37,070 nucleotides of DNA. Origin: Nemertoderma westbladi. Its lineage: Eukaryota; Animalia; Xenacoelomorpha. The notes beneath the pieces are model-generated. The model saw only the letters and a program-made list of their open reading frames with translations. It was not told where the DNA came from and did no database searches. Shown in pieces: positions 23,406-34,759 of the stretch (positions within the stretch are counted from its first letter, which is position 1; the number at the start of each line of letters is the position of its first letter). The stretch covers positions 1 to 37,070 of the forward strand of contig JAUCBJ010004251.1 of assembly GCA_032718475.1 (NCBI GenBank), read 5' to 3'. The position numbers were made by a program, and so were the translations under genes.

Positions 23406-26400
23406 ATTCCGTTGAATGTTTTTTGTTGTAAGATTGGTAGTAAGCCATTCAAGGAGAAAGTTCATGTGTTATTAGACGCGGACCTTTGCGCAATTTCGCG
23501 CTTGTTATATTAGCAGTTAGTTCAGCTAGTCACGGCGATTAACTTGTAACTGATGATATGACCCTGCAGTAGAAGTCTGTAATCATGACACTTAGCATCA
23601 TTTACTATCTAAATTTATATAATTCTTATTGTGACAAACCAACTTTGGTTCAATTATGTCATTGATAACAGTCCCTGAATGAGATCAAGCTATTATCTCT
23701 TCTATGTCTTCTATATGAAACCGCATATCCAACAAGCAACGTGAAATCAAATAAGTTATATTAATATTTTCAACTGAGTGACAGTTTAATTGTTATATAA
23801 TGCTGTAATGTGATTATGTCACAAAGTTCGCAGCGATGCTGCGGCTGTGTGATCGCATTGTGCGGCCCCTCCACTAAGTGCGGGTGCGTCCGCGGTGGTC
23901 GTCCTTCCACCGGGTGCAAACCGTCGGACGACGGCCGGTGTGGGAACCCCAACAACACATCGGCGTTCATCGCGACTACGAGGAACGTCGACCCGAACAT
24001 CGAGGACACAACAGCCCTCCTGTCTGACTCCTGCCTTTCTCCCCCAACAGAGAAGATTCAGACTCGGATTCCTTCGCGAGTGTGGACTCCTACACGAGGA
24101 GTGGCGTGGTTACCCAGATCCCTGTACTCCACGCAATCCCTGCAATCCCTGTACGCCGTCGACACCCAACCGGATGTCTTGACTCCAACTGGAGGCTGCC
24201 TTCGATGGGCCATGGCTTAATGCCCCCGGTTCGTCGACAGATCCGGACTGGGAGGCCCGCCATGCCCGCCTCACCCGTGTAGTCTGCCGTCAGTACACTG
24301 TGCCGGGCGGCAACGTCGGGCGCAAGGTGGTGGACGTGCTCGCTAGCGAGGTGGATCGAGTTGACAGAGGGGATCTACCCCTCGGAGAGACCCCTCTGTT
24401 TCCTCGCCACCACGTTCCAGCGGGACCCCGACATGGTGAAGGGGGCGGACATCCGATGGACCATCCTGCGCTGACTCGGGATGTGGGAATGGCTCGTCAG
24501 CTCATAGCTGAGGCGGAGCGCTGTAGTGCGAGATTCGCGCGCTCCCTTCGCTCGGCCCCACCAAACACGGCCAGGACCTACAATAGGAAGATCCTGGCCG
24601 GACAGAACCGGTCCGCGGTCCGCCTCGTAACGGACCGGGACAGCGGCGGAGTACTGGACCCCGAGTCCCAGGCTGAGGGGCAGCCGGCGATGTTGGCGAT
24701 GTTCAAGCAGAACTCAACAGAATGTATGCTCCTTGTCGACGCCGCCAATGCCTTCAACAGCCTGAGTCGCCCTGTGGCCCTGTGGAACACGCGCATTCAC
24801 TGGTGCTCCCGGTACCTGTACAACGCGTATAACGGCCACGCAGCCCTCTACCTACAGGGGTCTAGCAAACCACTGTGGAGTAGGGAGGGATATATGCAGG
24901 GCGACCCGGCCGCCATGCTGGGCTACGGCTGTGGGACTCTCCCCATGGTCCGCTCACTGAGGGAAGTCGGCAATACCCCTCCGACGCACCCTATCCTAGC
25001 GATCCACCACCCTGCAACCCGCCATCCGGTGACCCGCCATCCAGTGATCCATCACCCAGAGACCCGCCACCCGACGACCTGCCATCCGGAAACCTGCCAT
25101 CTGGCGACCCACCGTCTAGCGACCCGCAACCCTGCCACCCGCCATCTGGTGACCCGCCATCCAGCAATCCGCCACCCAGAGACCCGCCATCCAACAACCC
25201 GCCATCAGGATACCCGCCACCTGGCGACCCGCCGTATAGTGACCCGCAACCCTGCCACCCGCCACCCGCGGTTCCGCCACCCGGGGTCCCGCCACCCGGC
25301 GTTCCACCACCCAGAAACCCGCCATCCGGCGACCCCCTACCCGGCGACCCGCCACTCTGCGACCCACCACCCTGCGACCCGCCACCCTGCAACCCACAAC
25401 CCAGAGACCCGCCACCCAGAGACCTCCCACCCAGAGACCCGCCACCCTGCAATCCGGCACCCGGAAGTACCACCTGCTGGCAAAAGCAGTGCTGGTACGC
25501 GGACGACGCCTCATCAGTGGGGTCCATCGCCGGAGTGTGGGAATGGTGGGAGGAGCTTAGCCACTGTGGACCCCGAGTTGGCTACAAACCCGAGTCCACG
25601 AAGAGCTACCTGGTTGTGAAACCAGAGTTTGAGAGGAGGGCAACGGAGGTGTTCGGGGATTCCAGAGTCCGGATCATATCCAGCCACCATTTCCTCGGCG
25701 GTTACGTGGGGGACTCCTGCGGACTGCGGGAGTTCATAGCGGAGAAGGTGGTGGGGTGGGTTACGAGTATCAGTCAGCTCTCCGAGGTGGCTGCAGAGTA
25801 CCCACAAACCACCCATACTGGTATGTCCCGCTGCGTCCAGGCGGAGTGGGACTACCTGCTTCGGGTGGTGGAGACTAGGGATGAGGATCTGGCATCGATC
25901 TGAACTGAACTGTTGCGTCGCTTCATCCCGGCCCTCTTTGGGACTTCCCCTGGAACGGTGGACAAGGAGCTGGTCCTCCTCCCTGTCCGCCATGGGGGGA
26001 TCGGGATCCGGGACCCCCTGATGTGGAGGTCACGCTAGGGAGGCGTCTCTATCTGGGATTGTTGGGGTGATCAAGGCGCTGACGATGGGCAGCCCCCTCA
26101 ACGTTACTGACCACTCCACTAGTCGCGTCGCCATGACGCTGGCTATAAAGCAACGATGGAGTCCGCCGTCCAATCCGTCCCCGCCGAAAGGCGCCGTACT
26201 GTGGACCGTACGGTGTTCCACAAGATGGGTGGGTTGCTGTCGTCGCAGCCCTCCGTGGTGGATAACACTGACCTGGCCCCGGAGGTGTTCCGCGACAACC
26301 TCGTGCTGAGGTACGGCCTCACGCCGCCCGGCCTCCCTGCGAAGTGTGAGGGGTGTGGGGAGCCGTTTTCGACAACCCACGCCCTGAAATGTAAGTTGGG

Positions 26401-26805
26401 TGGCCTGATCATAAAGGAAACTGATATCTTCATCATCCACCTCATTGAGACCCTGTGGCTCGGCGGCAGGGGATGCGGGAACATGGCCTAGCCTGCGTTC
26501 TCGGGGGAGTTCGGAGGCGGCTTCAGATCGCGCTCCTCCGCTCTAACTCCCTCTGTCTGCATGGTGGCCGGCGTCCCTGGAGGGCGCTGGGCTTTGGAGA
26601 TGGTGAGGGTCTGCTGGGGAATGACCTCGCAGACCGGTATTACTCCACGGTGCACCATTTTTAATTGTATGTTTAATTGGTTTGTCTTAATTGTATTGTT
26701 CTGATTGGTGGTGGGATGTTGGGTTGGTGCAGGTATATATTTAATTTTATATAAAATTTTGATCTAATATAATATGCGGATTATCCTACTATGAGTAAAA
26801 AAAAA
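23406..26805 (+). mobile_element. Degenerate CRE-clade-like (RLE-type) non-LTR retrotransposon with poly(A) tail and TSD
   Basis: RT motifs LLVDAANAFNSLSR, QGDP, WYADD (about 25494), FLGG, LPVRHGGIGI; CCHC knuckle CEGCGEPFSTTHALKC; C-terminal RRRLQIALLRSNSLCLHG; A-run 26797-26807; TSD AATCCTTGG at 23397-23405 and 26806-26814; frameshifts and apparent internal deletions. Confidence 0.85.
24990..25465 (+). repeat. 15-bp degenerate tandem repeat (CCGCCATCCGGCGAC-like), about 31 copies, inside the RT
   Basis: Directly visible; reads PPSGD/PPPRD/PPPCN in the WYADD frame and HPATR in the ORF-track frame. Confidence 0.9.
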
Positions 26806-27932
26806 AATCCTTGGGCTGATTATTATGTATAGGATATATGTAGAGTAGAAAGTTCTTAAAAATAATATTCTTATTTTTATTATTACATAGGATTAGCATC
26901 ATTTTTTAGCTGAAGCATTAATACTGTAGTGCAAATTAATTTAGTTATATTTTAATACCATTACTACATTGGCATAAGATAAGTTTTAACATTTCTTACA
27001 AATATTATAAAACTCAATAGTGGAGTGAGCAAAAAACTCAAATTACGCAAATTTAAAAGAACCGGGTGTGTTGTCATAACATCTATCTCCATAGGTTATT
27101 CTGCTTGACTGGGTCTGGGTGCGGCTTTGCTTTTAGGACGGGGTGCTGATTGAAAGGGGGGTTGGGGGAACTGTCCGCCCTTTTCACTTTGACTGATTTG
27201 CGGTTTTGTTAAATTTCTTGGATATAGTTGCTGTGATGCTAAAATTTAATTTGTCTTTGATAATGTATTATTTTGTTTCATATTGTTTACACCTTCAATT
27301 TTCATAATATTAGTTGAGTTTTTGTTTATACATTTGCTCTATAATATATTATATAATTTGTATTTATTCAAAAAATTTAATGAAACTGTTATCACTATTA
27401 TTATCTTACTAGAACTACTGACACTAATGTGGAGCAGCTAGGATATTTGCGCTTTGTTTGTGTTTTAGTTTTAGTAACTATAGCTACCCCTTTCAATTGT
27501 TAGTTTTGTTCTATAATGCAGCATTGGTTGATTGCGTTAGCAGCCGGTGTTGTAATATTCGTATGGAAATGGAGTCTGCATTTACAATATAGGGTGGTTC
27601 TAGGGTGGGTTCAGGGTCATCACTCGCTCGGTGTCCTGGTTGTGCATCATGGGCATTTTTTCATAAATATTCGGTAATCTTATATCTTGTAAACGTGCTT
27701 GATAATGAAATTATTTGCTTCATATTATATTTTTTTTAGTGGTAGCAAAGTTTAATTTTTTATTATGTGGGACGATCCACAAAGTCAGCTAGCCTCAAGC
27801 CTTACAGTTTAAACAATTGTTTAGTTTAGGCCTACTTACTAGGCCTACAGCTGACTGACATAGTTCATTTGTAATAGTCTTGGCTAGGATTCTTCCCCCG
27901 GGCTCCTTCCAGCCAGCTTGCTGGCTTTCTAC

Positions 27933-30900
27933 TTAGGAGCCCGCTCGACAGGCGGGATACTTACTGTAAAAATCTGCGGGACTGTAAAAATCTCAGGATA
28001 TATAACACTGACTGACTGACTGACTGACTGACTGACTGACTGACTGACTGACTGACTGACTGACTGACTGACTGACTGACTGACTGACTGACTGACTGAC
28101 TGACTGACTGACTGACTGACTGACTGACTGACTGACTGACTGACTGACTGACTGACTGACTGACTGACTGACTGACTGACTGACTGACTGACTGACTGAC
28201 TGACTGACTGACTGACTGACTGACTGACTGACTGACTGACTGACTGACTGACTGACTGACTGACTGACTGACTGACTGACTGACTGACTGACTGACTGAC
28301 TGACTGACTGACTGACTGACTGACTGACTGACTGACTGACTGACTGACTGACTGACTGACTGACTGACTGACTGACTGACTGACTGACTGACTGACTGAC
28401 TGACTGACTGACTGACTGACTGACTGACTGACTGACTGACTGACTGACTGACTGACTGACTGACTGACTGACTGACTGACTGACTGACTGACTGACTGAC
28501 TGACTGACTGACTGACTGACTGACTGACTGACTGACTGACTGACTGACTGACTGACTGACTGACTGACTGACTGACTGACTGACTGACTGACTGACTGAC
28601 TGACTGACTGACTGACTGACTGACTGACTGACTGACTGACTGACTGACTGACTGACTGACTGACTGACTGACTGACTGACTGACTGACTGACTGACTGAC
28701 TGACTGACTGACTGACTGACTGACTGACTGACTGACTGACTGACTGACTGACTGACTGACTGACTGACTGACTGACTGACTGACTGACTGACTGACTGAC
28801 TGACTGACTGACTGACTGACTGACTGACTGACTGACTGACTGACTGACTGACTGACTGACTGACTGACTGACTGACTGACTGACTGACTGACTGACTGAC
28901 TGACTGACTGACTGACTGACTGACTGACTGACTGACTGACTGACTGACTGACTGACTGACTGACTGACTGACTGACTGACTGACTGACTGACTGACTGAC
29001 TGACTGACTGACTGACTGACTGACTGACTGACTGACTGACTGACTGACTGACTGACTGACTGACTGACTGACTGACTGACTGACTGACTGACTGACTGAC
29101 TGACTGACTGACTGACTGACTGACTGACTGACTGACTGACTGACTGACTGACTGACTGACTGACTGACTGACTGACTGACTGACTGACTGACTGACTGAC
29201 TGACTGACTGACTGACTGACTGACTGACTGACTGACTGACTGACTGACTGACTGACTGACTGACTGACTGACTGACTGACTGACTGACTGACTGACTGAC
29301 TGACTGACTGACTGACTGACTGACTGACTGACTGACTGACTGACTGACTGACTGACTGACTGACTGACTGACTGACTGACTGACTGACTGACTGACTGAC
29401 TGACTGACTGACTGACTGACTGACTGACTGACTGACTGACTGACTGACTGACTGACTGACTGACTGACTGACTGACTGACTGACTGACTGACTGACTGAC
29501 TGACTGACTGACTGACTGACTGACTGACTGACTGACTGACTGACTGACTGACTGACTGACTGACTGACTGACTGACTGACTGACTGACTGACTGACTGAC
29601 TGACTGACTGACTGACTGACTGACTGACTGACTGACTGACTGACTGACTGACTGACTGACTGACTGACTGACTGACTGACTGACTGACTGACTGACTGAC
29701 TGACTGACTGACTGACTGACTGACTGACTGACTGACTGACTGACTGACTGACTGACTGACTGACTGACTGACTGACTGACTGACTGACTGACTGACTGAC
29801 TGACTGACTGACTGACTGACTGACTGACTGACTGACTGACTGACTGACTGACTGACTGACTGACTGACTGACTGACTGACTGACTGACTGACTGACTGAC
29901 TGACTGACTGACTGACTGACTGACTGACTGACTGACTGACTGACTGACTGACTGACTGACTGACTGACTGACTGACTGACTGACTGACTGACTGACTGAC
30001 TGACTGACTGACTGACTGACTGACTGACTGACTGACTGACTGACTGACTGACTGACTGACTGACTGACTGACTGACTGACTGACTGACTGACTGACTGAC
30101 TGACTGACTGACTGACTGACTGACTGACTGACTGACTGACTGACTGACTGACTGACTGACTGACTGACTGACTGACTGACTGACTGACTGACTGACTGAC
30201 TGACTGACTGACTGACTGACTGACTGACTGACTGACTGACTGACTGACTGACTGACTGACTGACTGACTGACTGACTGACTGACTGATAATTACCCAGGT
30301 TCAGACACTTCCTGCCTGGCGATTTTGTTGAAATTTTACAAGTAAATTGCTTTGGTGGTTCATAATCGCGTTTCAAAATATCAGATCGATTCTATGTGTG
30401 GTATTCGATATATTTAGTTTTTTGAAATTATTTTGTCGCGAAATTAAAATCAATGGTAAAGTAAAAACTCCTGCCTGAGCTGCTGCAGCAGCTAGATGTG
30501 TAGGAATGGTTGAGTACTGGGCTGCCTGAGATAGAATTCCATCCAGGCGGAATTTCTTGACTACACCCCTCCTTTTTGCTGGCTGCTGGCTGAGTCTACA
30601 CATCCTTTAGCAGCTCTCAGGGATAGACAAAAAATAGTTGAGTTGTCAATAAACGAAATAAAATAAAACATACCACTGCAGTAGTATTTTATTATTATTC
30701 CACGAATCATTGGGCTGATTATTATTTTGTATAAGATATATGGAGAATGTTCTTAAAATTAAAATGATATTCTTACTTTTTTTATTACATACGATTAGCA
30801 TCATTTTTTAGCAGAAGCATTAATAGTGTAAATTAATTTAATTATATTTTAATACCATTACTACATTGGCATACTGTAAGATAAGTTTTACATTTCTTAC

Positions 30901-31120
30901 AAATAGTGGTGCGAGCATAAAACTCAAATCACGCAAATTTAAAAGAACCGGGTGTGTTTTCATAGCAATGTTTCATTTTTTATTATGTGGGACGAGCCAC
31001 AAAGTCAGCTAGCCTCACGCCTTACAGTTTAGACAATTGTGTAGTTTACTTACTGCTTTTACTTATTGCTGACTGACAAGGTTTATTTGTAATAGTCTTG
31101 ACTAGGATTCTGGACTAGGA
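27933..31120 (+). mobile_element. Helentron/DINE-1-type element, copy 2, head-to-tail with copy 1; 3' terminus missing
   Basis: Starts TTAGGAGCCCGCTCGACAGGCGGG right after copy 1's hairpin; 30287-31110 aligns to 22954-23405 + 26815-27080 + 27743-27892; similarity stops at GACTAGGATT before the 3' subTIR. Confidence 0.8.
28007..30286. repeat. (ACTG)570 microsatellite, 2280 bp
   Basis: No interruption seen by eye; produces the spurious 815-aa (QSVS)n ORF. Confidence 0.98.
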
Positions 31121-31179
31121 TTGTTGGCGAAAGGGGTCAGGAAACGTCGAAAGCATTCGAAGTTCAAGAATTTACCGAA

Positions 31180-31640
31180 TTAATTGAGCTTGGGTATGTA
31201 AATTAATCGAGTCGATCCGAGTTCATGGTCTGGCACTGAGCCTTCATTGTCATATATCATAACACCGTAGCTGTGTATAACGTTGACTGTATGCGACCAT
31301 TCAGAGTTAGCTACTTCAGTGGTCAGTTCTACTGGTTTCCATAGAGTATCTAACGAACCAGGTTCTCCACGAGCTATCCTTATGGATTCATAACTGGGCA
31401 TCTCATGGGGGTTTACATTAGGTTCGATATATTTCAGGTCATCCTCCAGGAAGGTTACATCCAAATTCGACGGTAGTCCATAAATGCCTCTAAGTTGAAG
31501 GGTGGACGTGGACTCGCTTCTATTGTCACGATATTGTAGGGTTTTTTAAATGAGTTTAGTTTTACTAGAGAGTCTAAATGCTGATGTAAAGCTTCTAATT
31601 CCACGAGGTCCAAAGGATTTACGAGCGATAGAAATCGCAT
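31180..31640 (-). pseudogene. Unidentified frameshifted coding-like relic (about 150 aa)
   Basis: Two overlapping ORFs (31455-31640, 31180-31464) of non-repetitive, protein-like composition in a less AT-rich patch; no family recognised. Confidence 0.3.
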
Positions 31641-32487
31641 ATCCCGTCTACACTAATCATAATACATTGTAAATCTGCTACGATCATGGAATGATCATAC
31701 AAAATCTTTTAAGAATTTTACATACACAAAATATTGAAAAAATATTTATTTATTGAATGTATGGTTGCAATTTGTTAAATATCAAAACCATTTTTACATT
31801 AAACATTATAATTATTGTCTTGGAAAGTAACAACATGGCTATTATATCTGCTACGATCAGATTACGATCAGGATAAGATCAGGCCAGATAATGAGGCTGC
31901 TCAAATTTTAAAACACCAGAGGCAGAGGCCAATGATTATTATTTTTTGCCGTATTTGACCGACCAGTGTACTCTCTTTCACAGCATTTTACATAAGATTA
32001 CATATCATACGAAGATCTTCACACATCTGATCATGATCATATCATGATAATATCAAGTTAGAAATTATCAATCAATAATTAATTATATATTATCAATTAA
32101 TAGGTATAGAAACAAAGAAATTTATAAATCTACTTCGATATGAATTATCTAATATTGTGGCCAAGTAGAGTAATTATATTAATTTATATGAATCTAATAT
32201 AAATATATTGATATTAATGCAAAGTTAAATTGGCTTATCTTAAAACCAAATTGAAATTTGTTCTGCTTAAATATAATACCATTACCACACAATAGATATA
32301 CAGATAGGGACAATAGGAAATGTTAGGCAGTTAGGTATGTAGGTGTTAGTTGTACTATACAGTAGGATATGTAGGTAAGATGTGTTAAGTTAGTTATACA
32401 TCCCCCACTGCCATATCCCCATAGTAACAATCCACAGTGCAAACAGAAGAATGTTTCAAATTTTGCTTAATTATTGATTGAGAACTA

Positions 32488-33050
32488 TTAAGATCTTTGC
32501 AGAACTTTGTTATATATCATTAATTCTGCAAAGATCTGCACTGATCTTACTAAAACCCCAGAGATAAGCCGTGGTCTTACCAATCCTGCAAAGATCTGCA
32601 TTGATCGTTACCAACCCTGCTAAGATCATAGAGCAAAGGTGCCAAGATCTTACCAAGACATATAAAGATCTTATGCTAAGATCAGTGCAGATTGGCGATG
32701 TTGCAAGTCTAGGGAATGTTCTTAAAGGTTTCGAAGGGTGGATTTCGAAGAGAAATATCCATCGTTTAGTAGACTATTAGCCTTCGATTAGTAGTTTACG
32801 AAGCATATTCGAAGGATAATTCGAAGACAAAAATGCTTCGTTTAGTAGACTATTCACCTGCGATTAGAAGATTATATAGCATTTTTCGAAGGATGATTTC
32901 GAAGATAAAAATGCTTCGTTTAGTAGACTATTAGCCTTCAATTAGAAGTTTTACGAAGCATTTTCGAAGGATAATTTCATACATTATTAGAAGCATTTTT
33001 CGAAGCATTTTCGAAGCATAAAAAAGACTATTTTTCGAAGAAAAAAAATG
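32488..33050. repeat. Subterminal-type repeats of decayed DNA transposons (AAGATCT-rich block, then ~76-bp TTCGAAG-rich tandem x3-4)
   Basis: Recurrent AAGATCT at 32490-32685; CGTTTAGTAGACTATT repeated at about 32763, 32838, 32917. Confidence 0.6.
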
Positions 33051-34273
33051 TCACTTGCTACAAACAAGTCCAATCACTGGACCTGCCTGTGGATTCTTTG
33101 GTGAAGAGGGAGGGGGTATTAGCCTATATATAGGCCTACCTACTGTAGTAGCCTACCGTATCCTACCCTGCACCCTACTTCCCTATCTTACAATACGTTA
33201 TATACTTATTAATGGAAGCGGCTGAGTATATAGAGAAATATATAATCAATATATATTTGAGGGTATGTATGGAAACTTTAGGTAATAATCGAAAAATTTG
33301 AATTTGATTAAATAATTTTCCATATTGTCAGCAATATTAGATTATTCGTGTTGATGGATCTATTAAAATTAATTAAATTTAGATGCATTTAATTAATAAT
33401 TATGCTTCTATGATTATGGAAATATGCATTATTTGCCTGATAATTACAACATTAGCTCCTATTGCAAAATAATTATTAATTAGGCCTATTAATTGTAAAA
33501 TTAATATTGCATGAATAATTTAATCTGTTATTACAAAAATATTAGGGCCTATTGATTTATAAATAATTATTAGGCCTAATTATTATAAAAATAATATGCA
33601 TTAATAATTACCGGTATTAATTATTTTAAAAATATTATTAATCAATAATTATTACTGTAATAATTATTGTAAAAAAAAAATGTAGAAAAATATATACATA
33701 AAAATTTTTAAATAGGAATTAAACTAAATAGGAATAGGGATTAAACTCCTAAATAGGAAGTCTTAAAAATATTTCCTATATAAGAAATTCTCGGAAAAAG
33801 TAACGTTTTTAAAATGGCTAGAGAAAGCGAACGCACAGATAGATTTTTTTCTAGTTTTCACAACAAACGTAGTAAAGATTAACCTCCAATAACCAGGAAT
33901 TCAAATATGCCGCTAAAATTTATTTCAAAAGATAACGAAGAAAATGTTCAGAAAAATGGCAAAAATTTCCTATATATGGAAGCACGATTTCCTATATAGG
34001 AAGAAAAAAAACTTCCTATATAAGAAACCTACCCTAGCTGACCTTTCCGTCAGTCCGTATAGTGAAAGTTTCACCCCTTTCCCTATGTGGGAATTGGACT
34101 GTACTGCTGTACTGGCTGAAGCTACTACTGGACTAGGTGCTAGGTTAACTGCTGACTGCGAATACAGGAATAAACCTAACTTACTGCTGCTGTGCTGTAC
34201 TGAACTAAATACAGAAATACTGAAATAGGCCTAGACCTACTCCTGTTCCGGTACTCTACTACAATACAGCAAT

Positions 34274-34759
34274 ATGACGACAGCGGCCCGACCCACCTTC
34301 GACCCGGCCCGTGGCGGAACGCAGAAAGGGGAAGGAGACCTCAGCAAACTCTCCAAACAATACTCGAGCAGGGACCTACCGGGCCACACAACCCTCAAAT
34401 ATCGACAACCGGGACAAACGACAACATCAGAAACCAATAAACCCAGGGGAGAAATTCGGCGAGAGTTAGAGCAGAGGGAGGGGCGACGAACGGATGAAAG
34501 AGTTGGAAAGAGATCCAGCAAACCCGAGGAATCAAACTTCTCGAAAAGGATTAAACCCGGTGATTCAATCCCTTCCAACCTGGACGCCGACGACCCGGTC
34601 GACGACTCTGACGATTCCGATACCGACTCTGATGATGACACTGCCGCGTTGCTCGCCGAACTGAATAAAATAAAACGCGAGCGCGCCATCGAGCGCTCAA
34701 AGCAGGAGGAAGAGAAGAAAGAGAAAGACGAGAGAATACGGACTGAGAACATTTTACAG
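34274..34759 (+). CDS. CWC15: Pre-mRNA splicing factor CWC15 (Cwf15/Cwc15 family), first coding exon; remainder outside the window
   Basis: [15 protein letters not shown]...[42 protein letters not shown] and ERIRTENIL are hallmark CWC15 motifs; 162 codons ending CAG|GTAAGT (phase 0), just before the expected GNPLLN. Confidence 0.96.

Larger units (their letters stand above)
22855..27932 (+). mobile_element. Helentron/DINE-1-type non-autonomous element, copy 1 (interrupted at 23406-26805)
   Basis: 5' subTIR AGGAGCCC (22857) with small IR CCCGC...GCGGG; (ACTG)5 at 22934-22953; 3' subTIR GGGCTCCT (27900-27907); hairpin AGCCAGC-TT-GCTGGCT (27911-27926); colinear with copy 2. Confidence 0.8.

Noticed and set aside
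23670-23725. Hammerhead ribozyme (CTGAATGAG...GAAAC)
   Set aside because: Core deviates from CUGANGA and I could not build the required stems.
24300-25619. 439-aa ORF as a His/Pro-rich host protein
   Set aside because: Chimera of retrotransposon RT pieces and the off-frame reading of the 15-bp repeat.
27929-30376. 815-aa (QSVS)n ORF as a serine-rich protein
   Set aside because: It is the stop-free reading of the (CAGT)n microsatellite inside a non-coding element.
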